From a virus (Duplodnaviria > Caudoviricetes), in the IMG/VR virus record IMGVR_UViG_3300023060_000001, positions 1 to 64,000 of that record: a DNA stretch of 64,000 nucleotides; one strand, 5' to 3'. Under the pieces are notes generated by a model that saw nothing but the letters and a program-made list of their open reading frames with translations, was not told the origin of the DNA and ran no database searches. This document shows positions 1 to 9,548 of this stretch, in pieces (position 1 is the stretch's first letter; the number at the start of each line of letters is the position of its first letter). Made by a program: the position numbers and the translations under genes.

Positions 1-389
1 CCGTGTGGTAAAGGTTCTTCTTTGAACACTAAAACTTCATGATCAAAATCCTCACAGTGTTGGTATTCAGGTGTCCACATCACATCATTATTATAAATTA
101 CAACGTCAATACCTCGGTAGGTTAATACTGCCAGAGCTTGGATTAACCCAATTCCATGCTTACCAAGCTTTTGATTTTCCTCACGTTTATCAGATAAACC
201 CATCAAGAGTACCTTTGGTGAAAGTTTTATATTTGTGTTAGTAAAAGTAATACTATCTTCGCCAATATCCATATAACGATCATCACAATCAGAATCTACG
301 TAATTTTGGTAAATTTCCATTATACATTTACTATTTTCCCATTCATGGTAGACACCTTTCACCAAATTAGTCTTATAAACCTTTCCCAC
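1..389 (-). CDS. GHKL (HATPase_c-like) ATPase, N-terminal part, runs off the window
   Basis: Not in the ORF track. Manual translation from GTG at 389 gives MGKVYKTNLV...IMEIYQNYVDS...LLMGLSDK...LGKHGIGL, matching the N-box ExxxNxxD and the G2 GxxGxG motif. Confidence 0.7.
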   Translation of the reverse strand, partial: MGKVYKTNLVKGVYHEWENSKCIMEIYQNYVDSDCDDRYMDIGEDSITFTNTNIKLSPKVLLMGLSDKREENQKLGKHGIGLIQALAVLTYRGIDVVIYNNDVMWTPEYQHCEDFDHEVLVFKEEPLPH

Positions 390-391
390 AA

Positions 392-649
392 TCAACCCTC
401 CAGTGTAAAAGTAATAACATTCTTAGAAGCATCCATTGTAAAATTGACACCCTCATTTGTCAAGTAGTTTTCAATTGCTCGGAAAGGAATACTTTTAGAA
501 ACATTATCCTTGTGCAATTGGATCATTCTACCACTACCGTTTCGTGCATGAGCGACCACCACATCTGTAATGTAAGTTGAAATTGCATCAAGGGTTTCCT
601 CTTCTGCTTCATTGAATGCTTCTGTTAACTGTTGTGTAAACTTTGACAT
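392..649 (-). CDS. hypothetical protein
   Basis: 85-aa ORF with RBS (aggggaa) in a co-oriented cluster. Confidence 0.7.
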   Translation of the reverse strand: MSKFTQQLTEAFNEAEEETLDAISTYITDVVVAHARNGSGRMIQLHKDNVSKSIPFRAIENYLTNEGVNFTMDASKNVITFTLEG

Positions 650-894
650 TAGTTATTCCCCTTGCTTCAAATCGGCAACACTAATCTTACCTTGTCGTAA
701 TTTTAAAAGTGTCACTTCGCACAAAGGTTTACTCTCACTTGCAAAAACTGTGATTTTATTTGTTTCATCGAACACTTCGTAAAATTCACCTACTGTTGTT
801 AATGTGTATTTATTTTTCATTTAGGGTCTCCTTTTGTTTAAATTTATTTTGTTCAACCTGCTGTTTGTAGAAAAGATTCCACGCTTGGGATAAA

Positions 895-1125
895 TTACTC
901 ATTGTTTGTCACCGTGATATCTGAAATTAGTCCACAACCTTGTGACATCCAAGCTTCTAATTTAATACTACCAACACTTTCCGAATCTTCATTTATAAAA
1001 TGTAAAACCACTTCTTCCTCACCTAAACCTTCACTGTAAACAGTAAGATTACCAACTTCACCTTGGGGTTCAACAACTTTACCACTTATTGTAAAATTTT
1101 GCTCTAATTTATTGATCATCTTCAC
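895..1125 (-). CDS. hypothetical protein
   Basis: 76-aa ORF coupled to neighbours. Confidence 0.6.
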   Translation of the reverse strand: MKMINKLEQNFTISGKVVEPQGEVGNLTVYSEGLGEEEVVLHFINEDSESVGSIKLEAWMSQGCGLISDITVTNNE

Positions 1126-1342
1126 TCTCCTCTGTTACAAACTGGTTCACTACCACTGCAGAAACTACATCAGTGTATGAGTAACTATCGGTATAATAAT
1201 TTTCATAATAGTTTGCACTTTCAAAATAATCATCTTCTATACGTTTATATTCCACTTTCAAAGTGTGGTCTTTCACCTTTTCTAAACGTATCACTGTGTG
1301 AAAGGTTTTAATATTATTTATCTTCCTTGGTTTCAAGGTCAT
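1109..1342 (-). CDS. hypothetical protein
   Basis: 77-aa ORF overlapping neighbours. Confidence 0.55.
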   Translation of the reverse strand: MTLKPRKINNIKTFHTVIRLEKVKDHTLKVEYKRIEDDYFESANYYENYYTDSYSYTDVVSAVVVNQFVTEESEDDQ

Positions 1343-1970
1343 CTATCCGAGAAGTATTATCTTTAGTCTTATTAACATTTTCCGCTAAACGTCCACTTAC
1401 CCAACGGATAGCAAACACTGTTGTAGCTGTTAATGTTATCGATAAAGTTGCCACTGGTGCTAAAGTGAATGTCCACAGACACAAGTCAATCAATGGTATA
1501 AGAAGGTACATTTTAGCAGGGATTCTACTTGATACCTCTGAAACTGTAGTAAGTTTATCAATATTTTTAGCCCAAGTCTTCACTTCCTCTTTGGTTTTAA
1601 AGTTTTTAGCGTATTCTGGTTTATCTTGAATAGCAATGCCACCCCAACTCCCTTCACCTAAGTAAGGGTAACTTGAATATCTAGAATCTGACTTGTAAAC
1701 CCATGAATCACCATACCTTGTTAATCTATGAATATCGTTATTATACTTTACCACTTCCCAATCCTCCGTCTCCTTCAAGAAAAAACTGGTCACTTTAGAG
1801 GATAGGAGAATAGGATTGATAACCTCACCACCCCAAGCTTCACTATTTAAACAATAATTAACTACTTTTAAAAAGTAATAACTAAACAGGCAAAGAATAC
1901 ATGTTATTAATAATATTGTTACAAAAGATATTGTTAATGGTGCAAAAGATAAAAATTCTAAAAAGTTCAT
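1314..1970 (-). CDS. membrane protein
   Basis: 218 aa with N-terminal and C-terminal hydrophobic segments. Confidence 0.7.
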   Translation of the reverse strand: MNFLEFLSFAPLTISFVTILLITCILCLFSYYFLKVVNYCLNSEAWGGEVINPILLSSKVTSFFLKETEDWEVVKYNNDIHRLTRYGDSWVYKSDSRYSSYPYLGEGSWGGIAIQDKPEYAKNFKTKEEVKTWAKNIDKLTTVSEVSSRIPAKMYLLIPLIDLCLWTFTLAPVATLSITLTATTVFAIRWVSGRLAENVNKTKDNTSRIDDLETKEDK

Positions 1971-1972
1971 AA

Positions 1973-2188
1973 TTATTTCTCCAAGTTATATTTGTAGATA
2001 GCACCATCATTACAAATGATGACGTTTTTGTCAATAGTTTTCCACTTACCAAGTTTACAACTACTTTCGGCAAAGGATACTTTCTCTGGTGTGATGGTTG
2101 TGTCTTTTGAACCTTCACTTTTACCAACATGATACCACATAACTGCCATGAAAATCCCAAATGACACTATTACTAAAGCACCTTTCAT
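1973..2188 (-). CDS. small membrane-anchored protein
   Basis: N-terminal hydrophobic helix; strong AGGAGA RBS. Confidence 0.7.
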   Translation of the reverse strand: MKGALVIVSFGIFMAVMWYHVGKSEGSKDTTITPEKVSFAESSCKLGKWKTIDKNVIICNDGAIYKYNLEK

Positions 2189-2198
2189 AATATTTCTC

Positions 2199-2822
2199 CT
2201 ATTTAAAATTTGAACAACGTTTCAATATGTTCATATGATGCACCACCTTGTTGTAATAGTCAACACCTTTTTTCAAACTTTTACCATCTTTCTGATTACC
2301 TATGTTATAGGACATGATCATTTTCTTCCAGTTACCCTTGTGAACCTTTTCAAAATGTTGTAACACATCTAATGCAAGGTATGTTCCTAGTGCATCATCC
2401 ATCACCACTTTTGTAATCATTTCCTGCTTCTTCCAATAGGATGTCACTCCTAGTATGTTGAATATATTTTTCTCATTGATTTGAAATAATCCAAAGTCCT
2501 TTGATTTAATGTTGATTCTATATTTGCCAGCATTAGATTCATGCAGCGCTAATGATGCCATCGTCCACTGTTTATCATAGGGTTTGCCATAATTGTAAGC
2601 ATATTCTAAACGGTATTGTTGTTCAGCGGAAAGGGAGTCCCATTCTGAGCAATCATTCCCATATGCTGCATTAGACAGGCCGACACAGAGGAGAATAACA
2701 TTTATCCAAGCAAACATCTTCCAAAAGGATTTACGTTCCTCAGAGAGCCTTCTACGCTGATTATTATCGCTGTGGTAATCCTCTTCTAAATGTTGGAATG
2801 GGTTGTTGGGATCATCTATCAT
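2199..2822 (-). CDS. SLT-type lytic transglycosylase with N-terminal TM/signal segment
   Basis: ALHESN catalytic ES motif, GLFQI, and SYN (AYN-like) motifs. Confidence 0.8.
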   Translation of the reverse strand: MIDDPNNPFQHLEEDYHSDNNQRRRLSEERKSFWKMFAWINVILLCVGLSNAAYGNDCSEWDSLSAEQQYRLEYAYNYGKPYDKQWTMASLALHESNAGKYRINIKSKDFGLFQINEKNIFNILGVTSYWKKQEMITKVVMDDALGTYLALDVLQHFEKVHKGNWKKMIMSYNIGNQKDGKSLKKGVDYYNKVVHHMNILKRCSNFK

Positions 2823-3058
2823 AAAAGTTTCACTCCTATATAGGGATATTGTAAACTGTGATCAAGGGAAACCTTCTTTATTTTATCAAGGTACATCATT
2901 GTCCTGACCATACGTTGTGTGCAATCCAATTCCCAAACTGAGATTCTTTTTCTACCTTTCAAGTTTTTCAAAATCCAATTGTGTAAACGTTTACCTTTTA
3001 AATGTTTAGGGTATTCGTCTAAAGGTTGGTTAAAGTCTGAAAATGATGTGATTATCAT
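2819..3058 (-). CDS. hypothetical protein
   Basis: ATGA-coupled ORF. Confidence 0.65.
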   Translation of the reverse strand: MIITSFSDFNQPLDEYPKHLKGKRLHNWILKNLKGRKRISVWELDCTQRMVRTMMYLDKIKKVSLDHSLQYPYIGVKLL

Positions 3059-3249
3059 AAAGTTTCCTCAATAAATTTTCCTAACTCGGAAAGGCAATCT
3101 AAACAAACATTAACTTTTACTCCTGTCCCTGATAAAGTGTACACATTTTTATAAGGGTAACTCAAACTTCTACCGCTAGGGGTTAATTTACCTTTATTAC
3201 AAAAATTACATGATCCTGCTGTTTGTGTAGAAAGTTCTTCTATAATCAT
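3055..3249 (-). CDS. small zinc-finger protein
   Basis: CxxC...CxxC; ATGA-coupled. Confidence 0.65.
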   Translation of the reverse strand: MIIEELSTQTAGSCNFCNKGKLTPSGRSLSYPYKNVYTLSGTGVKVNVCLDCLSELGKFIEETL

Positions 3250-3482
3250 AATAAATCCTCATTCAATAATCTCAGTGACATCATATCCCAATTGGTATCC
3301 ATTATAAACTGGTAAATCATTTCTTCTGCGGAATTGTCATCCCGTTCATTCCAAAGAACATTACATTTAGAGGTGTCTTCTTCCATGAACATAAGGATAA
3401 ACAATTGACCCATTCTTACGGTTCCGCGAGAATAGTTTTTGTAATAGTGGTGTTTAAATTCGAAAAATGACATAGTTTTCAT
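3246..3482 (-). CDS. hypothetical protein
   Basis: 78-aa ORF, ATGA-coupled. Confidence 0.65.
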   Translation of the reverse strand: MKTMSFFEFKHHYYKNYSRGTVRMGQLFILMFMEEDTSKCNVLWNERDDNSAEEMIYQFIMDTNWDMMSLRLLNEDLL

Positions 3483-3627
3483 GATAATTTATACCAAACT
3501 TCTCCATCCGATATTAATACCAGCTCTGCAAGTTTATTATAGTAATTATCTTTATACTTATGCTTACTTAGTTGGTAATCTTCTATCATAAATAATGCAC
3601 TAGATTCATTAATTTTACGGTAAGTTT

Positions 3628-3828
3628 TCATAATATTCCCTCTTCCTTATATTGGTTATATTCTTCAACCGCTTGGTTGTAAAGGTTACTCCCTTCTCGC
3701 CAAACTAATAAATCTTCTATCAAACGTTCCAACCTTTGAACACGGAATTCTGTGTTTACCAAAAGTTCATGTTGCTCACAAGGAGTCTTACTGTGGAAAG
3801 TTGATTTCTTTGTGATGGTTTGTTTCAT
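3628..3828 (-). CDS. hypothetical protein
   Basis: Probable start is MKQT after a GAGG RBS. Confidence 0.6.
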   Translation of the reverse strand: MKQTITKKSTFHSKTPCEQHELLVNTEFRVQRLERLIEDLLVWREGSNLYNQAVEEYNQYKEEGIL

Positions 3829-3957
3829 AATACTACCTCTCATACTTTTCTATTAAACCTATAAGGATCAACCCTATACCTAGAACTGTCCAACCTACAA
3901 CACTACCTTGAGATGTTCCAGCAGCTATACTGAGGATTAATAATCCTATAAATATAA

Positions 3958-4245
3958 TCATAAGCTAGTCTCCTTTTTGAATTCATTTTCGTACCAATTG
4001 TACACATCATCTAAATCAAGGTAAATATCTGTAGAAGAATAATCTTCTAAAAATTCTACATTTATACGGACACGCCAACCAGAAAAATGTACAAAGTTTA
4101 ATTGGTAATCCTCCTTTGTCCAACCCCAATTACCGTTAATCAATTCCTCCTTAAAAGAATCCTCTTTAGCAAAGATACATTCAATTAGACAGCGAGTGGT
4201 TGTTTTCATTTGTACAAATTCTTCTGGTGTAATTGACATTTTCAT
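3958..4245 (-). CDS. hypothetical protein
   Basis: 95-aa ORF, ATGA-coupled. Confidence 0.65.
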   Translation of the reverse strand: MKMSITPEEFVQMKTTTRCLIECIFAKEDSFKEELINGNWGWTKEDYQLNFVHFSGWRVRINVEFLEDYSSTDIYLDLDDVYNWYENEFKKETSL

Positions 4246-4685
4246 AATATTTCCTCTTCTAAAATTTTAATATAGTGTGATTGTGCTTTCAAATAAGGTG
4301 CTTTCTTCAACTTTTGCAATTTAACTTCGTGAACAAGTCGGCTATTATGTGCAGATTGATACAAAGTCCAAGGTATAATAAACTTATAACCTAAGTTCAT
4401 AACATCTACAAAATGTCCTCTGTGCATTTTAAACAGTACATTCCCATTATGTAAACGTACAGCATCTTGGAAACTGATATGTTTAGGGCAATATTTATAT
4501 AAACTAACGATACCCTTTGCAGCATAGAAACCACTTAAACCTTTAATCTTAGAGGGCTTAAAATTGTAACCCAACTGAGACATAAAAATAATTAAACTAT
4601 CCAACTGTAAATTGATAGTATTAATAGGTTTCTCTCGTGCAGCTAGTTCATATTTAAAACTCTGTGTGTAAAATTCTTTGTTCAT
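4242..4685 (-). CDS. hypothetical protein
   Basis: 147-aa ORF, ATGA-coupled. Confidence 0.7.
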   Translation of the reverse strand: MNKEFYTQSFKYELAAREKPINTINLQLDSLIIFMSQLGYNFKPSKIKGLSGFYAAKGIVSLYKYCPKHISFQDAVRLHNGNVLFKMHRGHFVDVMNLGYKFIIPWTLYQSAHNSRLVHEVKLQKLKKAPYLKAQSHYIKILEEEIL

Positions 4686-4870
4686 AATATTTCCTCTTTA
4701 GGTAATTTATGGTGGGTTACGCATAAGCATTGTAGTTCATACTTATTACCTTTTTCAATACAAGCTTTTATTTCACAATACTTGTCGTAATCTATGTAAA
4801 CCCAATCCCCATGAGGAATAACACTGTACCTTTTATCAAATACACACCTATAACGGTAAACCTTCTCCAT
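4682..4870 (-). CDS. hypothetical protein
   Basis: Probable start is MEKV after AGAGGAAATATT. Confidence 0.6.
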   Translation of the reverse strand: MEKVYRYRCVFDKRYSVIPHGDWVYIDYDKYCEIKACIEKGNKYELQCLCVTHHKLPKEEIL

Positions 4871-4914
4871 AATATTTCCTCTTTTTAAATTAGTTAATGC
4901 CTGTTTGTGCAATC

Positions 4915-4942
4915 ATTATAAGGTTATTGAATTCTTTGTCAA
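4915..4942 (-). promoter_or_regulatory. sigma70-type early promoter
   Basis: TTGACA-N16-TATAAT. Confidence 0.7.
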
Positions 4943-4945
4943 TAG

Positions 4946-5248
4946 TTATTTTAAGAAAGATTCCCAAAATTTAACAATGAATTCTTTCTCTTCGTCAGAA
5001 TAACCCTTTCTGCCATATTCTTCAAAGGGTGTTGGGCAAATACGATTAACTTTGATAATAGTTAATAACTCTTCTGCAGGTTTGTTATAACACTTCTCAC
5101 AAGGTACAAACCCTGTTCCACAGAAGTACCCACCTTTCTTATGTTCTCCTTTTAGAAAAGCTTCTATGCAGCAAGAAGGGAATCCAAAATACTTACCCCA
5201 CATTTTCCAAACTTTTAAACGTTGTTCATCTGTGTAATTATACATCAT
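4946..5248 (-). CDS. Cys-rich hypothetical protein
   Basis: GxxFGFPxCC and GFVPCxxC motifs. Confidence 0.7.
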   Translation of the reverse strand: MMYNYTDEQRLKVWKMWGKYFGFPSCCIEAFLKGEHKKGGYFCGTGFVPCEKCYNKPAEELLTIIKVNRICPTPFEEYGRKGYSDEEKEFIVKFWESFLK

Positions 5249-5262
5249 GATTAATTCTCTCT

Positions 5263-5568
5263 TTAGTAGGAATACCTGTCTTTAGGTTCTAAGTGTTTTA
5301 TGTGTTTCCATTTACAAGTGTGCATCTCATTATTATGATGGTGATACGCCACATAATGTGTACCTTTTACCGTATCGAAACACTCTTTCCATCTGATTAA
5401 ACCTCCACACTTCTTACAACTACTTATACTTCTAAAACCGCAATCGTGCTTGTAACTTGGTGGGAACCCTTCTTCACAATTCCATAACTCCCATTTAGGT
5501 TGTTCTCCTCTGCCTGAAACGTCTTTCCATTTCACATTAAAACTTCCACAAAATTTACAACTACTCAT
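5263..5568 (-). CDS. zinc-ribbon protein with internal repeat
   Basis: Two CKxCG..W...HxC units. Confidence 0.7.
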   Translation of the reverse strand: MSSCKFCGSFNVKWKDVSGRGEQPKWELWNCEEGFPPSYKHDCGFRSISSCKKCGGLIRWKECFDTVKGTHYVAYHHHNNEMHTCKWKHIKHLEPKDRYSY

Positions 5569-5574
5569 AATTAA

Positions 5575-5778
5575 CTACTCCCCCTCAGAAGCGTTTATTA
5601 GAACAGGAGGGAAATGTTTGATATCATGTTGCCTTCCTAGAATCCAACCCATACCGAAAATGTTACATTTAACTAAGGTGTAATCACTTTTAAAATGTAG
5701 TTTTCCATCTGAGTTGATAGTGAACTCATCTTCGGGGATATAAAATGCTTTTATAAACTCTTCTTCAATCTGTGTCAT
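5575..5778 (-). CDS. hypothetical protein
   Basis: First gene after the promoter; AGGAGG RBS. Confidence 0.7.
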   Translation of the reverse strand: MTQIEEEFIKAFYIPEDEFTINSDGKLHFKSDYTLVKCNIFGMGWILGRQHDIKHFPPVLINASEGE

Positions 5779-5805
5779 AGTACCTCCTGTTTAAATAATA
5801 ATCTT

Positions 5806-5918
5806 ATATTAAAGGTGTAGATTGTTTGTGTCAAGTGGTAATTTGGATAATCGATAAGTTTTATGAAGTTTATTATTTGAACAATAGGTGTTGACTTGTG
5901 GAGAAGGTGTGGTATTAT
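5806..5918. promoter_or_regulatory. divergent sigma70-type promoter pair
   Basis: Minus strand TTGACA-N17-TAATAT (5834-5806); plus strand TTGACT-N16-TATTAT with extended TG (5891-5918); coincides with the gene strand switch. Confidence 0.7.
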
Positions 5919-5946
5919 TTGTGGAAATTGATTAGAGGAGAAGGTT

Positions 5947-6144
5947 ATGGGAATTATAGTAAAGTATAACACCTGTGATGGTGGGAAGGTAGTTTTAGAG
6001 AATGGGTGTATAGAGAACTTCTATATCAGTGTCACACAACTAGATGAGAATCAGGAACCTTACACTGCAAGTGTTCACCTAAGTAATTCACAAGGTTTTG
6101 AATTGGCAATGGAACTGTTAGCTAGGGTGGAGGTGAGAGTATGA
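5947..6144 (+). CDS. hypothetical protein
   Basis: GAGGAG RBS; first gene after the promoter. Confidence 0.65.
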   Translation: MGIIVKYNTCDGGKVVLENGCIENFYISVTQLDENQEPYTASVHLSNSQGFELAMELLARVEVRV

Positions 6145-6422
6145 TCACTTATAAGAACGGGGAACAGTCTAAAAATGGTGATGTTATTAGTTGGAATTGT
6201 GAAGACAGTGATGAATTTACTATTTGGAGGTTTTTAGGTGTTGTTAAACAACAAGGAGTACTCTATCTAGGAGGCGGTATTGACTTCGGAGAAGGTCTTG
6301 GTCAAATAGTCCCTCTCGAGGAGGTAATAGAACAAGCCGAGGATAATGACCTTGACTACGTGGGAGTAACATATTTGGGGAAAGTGTCAGACCTTGTTCG
6401 GTATCTAGGGGAATTTAAATGA
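6141..6422 (+). CDS. hypothetical protein
   Basis: ATGA-coupled. Confidence 0.65.
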   Translation: MITYKNGEQSKNGDVISWNCEDSDEFTIWRFLGVVKQQGVLYLGGGIDFGEGLGQIVPLEEVIEQAEDNDLDYVGVTYLGKVSDLVRYLGEFK

Positions 6423-6661
6423 GTAAAATTATTTTAATAGAGAAATTGAGTGCAATAAGTGGTACTCCTGTAGAAGAATTAGAGAAACTTTTAGAAGGGC
6501 TTGAAGTAGATTCGCGACAAGGAGAACCATGTACAAAAGGTGATATTCTAGAATTGGAACAAGAAATTCGGAGGTTGGAATTTAGTAAACAACCTGAACC
6601 AATTACACCTTTGTGGGTACGTAACCAACAGAATAAAACTTTTAAAAGAGGTAAGAAATAA
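6419..6661 (+). CDS. hypothetical protein
   Basis: ATGA-coupled. Confidence 0.65.
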   Translation: MSKIILIEKLSAISGTPVEELEKLLEGLEVDSRQGEPCTKGDILELEQEIRRLEFSKQPEPITPLWVRNQQNKTFKRGKK

Positions 6662-6990
6662 TGTCAGATAACACTTTACAAAAAATTAGAAACCTTGAAC
6701 AAGATATAGTTGATTTGCAACAACTGTTGCGGGTAGAGTCATCTTTTCGTTCAAAATATGAATTGGAAGTGGATGCCATTTATAAAACGTTAATTAAAAT
6801 GGGAATGTTGGAAACTTTTAAAGAGGAGCATTTTTCAGGTGGAAGGGAAGATGATGTAGAAGAGTTTACCCATTTTATGGGAGAGTCACCCTTGCTAGGA
6901 GAGGATATCTCTGTTAATATGAGTGGATATACATTGGAAGAACATAAACAGCGTGTAGCAGCGCTACGAGAGTTTAATGAAGGAGAGTGA
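6661..6990 (+). CDS. coiled-coil hypothetical protein
   Basis: 109-aa ORF. Confidence 0.65.
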   Translation: MSDNTLQKIRNLEQDIVDLQQLLRVESSFRSKYELEVDAIYKTLIKMGMLETFKEEHFSGGREDDVEEFTHFMGESPLLGEDISVNMSGYTLEEHKQRVAALREFNEGE

Positions 6991-7612
6991 TATGAGAAGT
7001 TTTGATGAGGGTTTTTATACAGAAGATTATGATCAGGAGATGTTGGATTTTATTGAGGAGAATTACGAGGTTGATGATGTCAATGGGTGGTATGTGAGTA
7101 CTTCTCTTATACATAATAAAGGGGAGTTTTTCGTTTCCAAATATAAGGGTCGAGCTACCGCACTAGAGTTAACAAAAGAAGAATTCAAGCGTAAAATTGG
7201 CATGATAGCAGAAGATGAGAAAGTTGTGGAGAAGAATACTTTTAGTAATACTTTCAGTAAAAGTGATTTGGTTGATGGGATGTTTGTTAGGTGTCGTAAT
7301 GGTGATTTTTTCATAAAATTAGGTACCACTTTGAATAGTTTAACTGGTTATCTGGACTTAGAGATTTATTCTGATACTCTACTGGATGTAGATTTAGAAG
7401 AAGATTGGGATATTGTAGAAGTGTACCAGACAGAAGGTAAAGAGTGTACTTTATCACGTATGTTAGAGGAAAAATATGGGTTAAAATCTATCTGGAAACG
7501 TCCTCCTGAGAAAACACCATCACAACTTAAACTGGAGTCACTTCAACAGAAGATGGAATCCTTGCAAGAAGAAATGAACATTTTACAAAAATCGATTGAA
7601 GCAGGAGAATAA
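6977..7612 (+). CDS. hypothetical protein
   Basis: 211 aa; KSDL.DGM.V..RNG motif common in phage proteins; C-terminal coiled coil. Confidence 0.7.
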   Translation: MKESDMRSFDEGFYTEDYDQEMLDFIEENYEVDDVNGWYVSTSLIHNKGEFFVSKYKGRATALELTKEEFKRKIGMIAEDEKVVEKNTFSNTFSKSDLVDGMFVRCRNGDFFIKLGTTLNSLTGYLDLEIYSDTLLDVDLEEDWDIVEVYQTEGKECTLSRMLEEKYGLKSIWKRPPEKTPSQLKLESLQQKMESLQEEMNILQKSIEAGE

Positions 7613-7614
7613 GT

Positions 7615-7788
7615 ATGGTAGATTTATACAACAAGCCACAAAAAGGTGATAACATTCAGGCAATGAAAGCACGTATTGCACACTTAGGTGATTGTTTGGT
7701 GATGGTGAGGCAGGAGGAAAAGGAGATCCTTTTGGAAATGGAGCGGTTGGTGCAAGCTATTAATTTCGGTGATCAGGCGGGGGATTGA
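7615..7788 (+). CDS. 57-aa hypothetical protein, below the ORF-track cutoff
   Basis: GGAG RBS then MVDLYNKPQKGDN...; fills the gap between neighbours. Confidence 0.55.
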   Translation: MVDLYNKPQKGDNIQAMKARIAHLGDCLVMVRQEEKEILLEMERLVQAINFGDQAGD

Positions 7789-8102
7789 TTATGAGTAAAG
7801 TTGAATTAGCGAAAATGTTAGGGTTGCGTATGGATTATGAACAGGGTTACAAGTGGTTGATAAAAGAATTACTTAGTTATGATTGGAACATTATTGAAGA
7901 AAGTTTCTGTAATGAAAAATTCACTGTTACTATAGGGCGAGATGATTTAACACAATTAAAGATTTCGGAAGGGGATATGATTTCTGAGGGTGACATAAAA
8001 GTGTGCGAAAAGCAGGTGAAGGATTTAATTTGGGAAAGAGCTGCAGACATTTACCTGAAAAGGATTCATCGTGCGGCTATGTTGATTGGAGGTGATGCAT
8101 GA
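7785..8102 (+). CDS. hypothetical protein
   Basis: Coupled ORF. Confidence 0.65.
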   Translation: MIMSKVELAKMLGLRMDYEQGYKWLIKELLSYDWNIIEESFCNEKFTVTIGRDDLTQLKISEGDMISEGDIKVCEKQVKDLIWERAADIYLKRIHRAAMLIGGDA

Positions 8103-8293
8103 GTGATATTATGAGCACAGGGCACAACAATTTAAGAATATTACACGAGACAACATTTGATGAATTTCCACAGAGTAGTATTGAACATTTTGTCAAGGAT
8201 GCTTTGGCTGAATGGGATGCTGCTTTGAAAGAGATTGACCGTTTGAACAAGATCCTGATTGAGGAAGGGATACTTTTGCCAGAAGGTGTTTGA
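8099..8293 (+). CDS. hypothetical protein
   Basis: ATGA-coupled; GGAGG RBS. Confidence 0.6.
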   Translation: MSDIMSTGHNNLRILHETTFDEFPQSSIEHFVKDALAEWDAALKEIDRLNKILIEEGILLPEGV

Positions 8294-8347
8294 CACTTTA
8301 CGGGAGAGGTGGTAATATAATTAAACATTCAAATAAAGGAGAAAGGT

Positions 8348-9019
8348 ATGAGTTATAAAGTTGTAGGTTTACGAGAAGAGTTATACATTGGTCAAGAAGT
8401 TTCTGGTCATAATTGTGATTTCGATTATAAGGATACAGAGATGACCCGTCATGTGTTATTGTTAGTGGAAGATTCTTCTGGTGATAAGGTAGAATTAACT
8501 TTACAAGAATACCAAGGGGAGTGTGGTAGTGGTTGGTGTACAGCTTCTTTCGGGGAATACACTTGGAACAATGTGGATACTTTTGCAGGTAAGACCCACA
8601 CTTGTAAAGATGGTATTCTTATTGAGGTATCTGAGGATTTGTTAGAGAAGAATTATGAAGATGATTTCACCACTGAGGTGTTCACTTTCTCTTCTGTAGG
8701 AGGTTGTGGTTACTATCCTAGTGGGGGTTATAATGTTAACATGGAGTGTTTCTCGGAAGTTTGAAAGGGTAAACTTGACAAAAGGCCTGTCCACATATTC
8801 TACGGAGATAGTAACTCTTGTAAAAGTTATTTAGCAGCTTTAACAGGAAGAACTATCTTCGAAACAGACAGTGTACCAAGTGAACAACATTTACCAGAAG
8901 TAATTACAGCAGAAATGGTTGTAATTGGTAATAGGTGGCAATGTGCTAAAGATACTATTGTGGAAAGGTTGTTTGGAGAGTGTGAAGTTGTGGAAGTGTG
9001 TTTTAGGAAACATTTATGA
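8348..9019 (+). pseudogene. phage protein with C-terminal P-loop-like segment, interrupted by an in-frame TGA at 8762-8764
   Basis: The same frame stays open for 84 codons after the TGA (KRPVHIFYGDSNSCKSYLA...FETDS) and ends in an ATGA overlap at 9016-9019. Confidence 0.55.
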
Positions 9020-9024
9020 AAGTG

Positions 9025-9548
9025 TACAATTACACAGATGATTCATGGTGAGATAGAGGAGGATGGTAGGTGAGTAAATACACATTTGAAAGAGGTGGTG
9101 TTAGGATTAAAACTTTACCCCATGAAGAAGGGGAATTTGTTTTTGGTAATATTTGTTTAACTGGGGAAGTTGATAAGTGTTGTGATGGTTTTTACGATTC
9201 AGAAGATGAGGTTAAGAAACGTTTTAAGAACCTCCTACAAGCAGTGAAAGCTTATGAGAAGGAAGGTTTAAAAGTTTTTAGGAGAAGTAATGATTGTCAA
9301 CATGAACATTTTGAGATTCCTAAATACTCCTTAAGAAAAAATATTTTTGATTACTATTACCATTTTGAGAAAAAGTGTTCTGATTGTGGTAAGATAGTGT
9401 CCATGACAACTTCTGCCGATAATGACCCTAAACTAACAGGGATTTTTCCAGAAGGTTACGAAGGTGCCACTAAAACATTTTGGAATCTGAATATTTAAGG
9501 AGGACTAATGCATAAAACAGTATACAATTACACAGATGATTCATGGTG
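9025..9548 (+). repeat. 26-bp direct repeat (9025-9050 and 9523-9548) flanking ORF 9070-9498
   Basis: tacaattacacagatgattcatggtg occurs twice. Confidence 0.85.
9070..9498 (+). CDS. hypothetical protein
   Basis: GGAGG RBS, GTG start, C-terminal CxH..CxxC. Confidence 0.65.
   Translation: MSKYTFERGGVRIKTLPHEEGEFVFGNICLTGEVDKCCDGFYDSEDEVKKRFKNLLQAVKAYEKEGLKVFRRSNDCQHEHFEIPKYSLRKNIFDYYYHFEKKCSDCGKIVSMTTSADNDPKLTGIFPEGYEGATKTFWNLNI

Noticed and set aside
5775-5972. 65-aa minus strand ORF
   Set aside because: Spans the divergent promoter region; no RBS
8762-9051. Genome-wide UGA recoding
   Set aside because: TGA is the normal stop in many ATGA overlaps and no suppressor tRNA is seen
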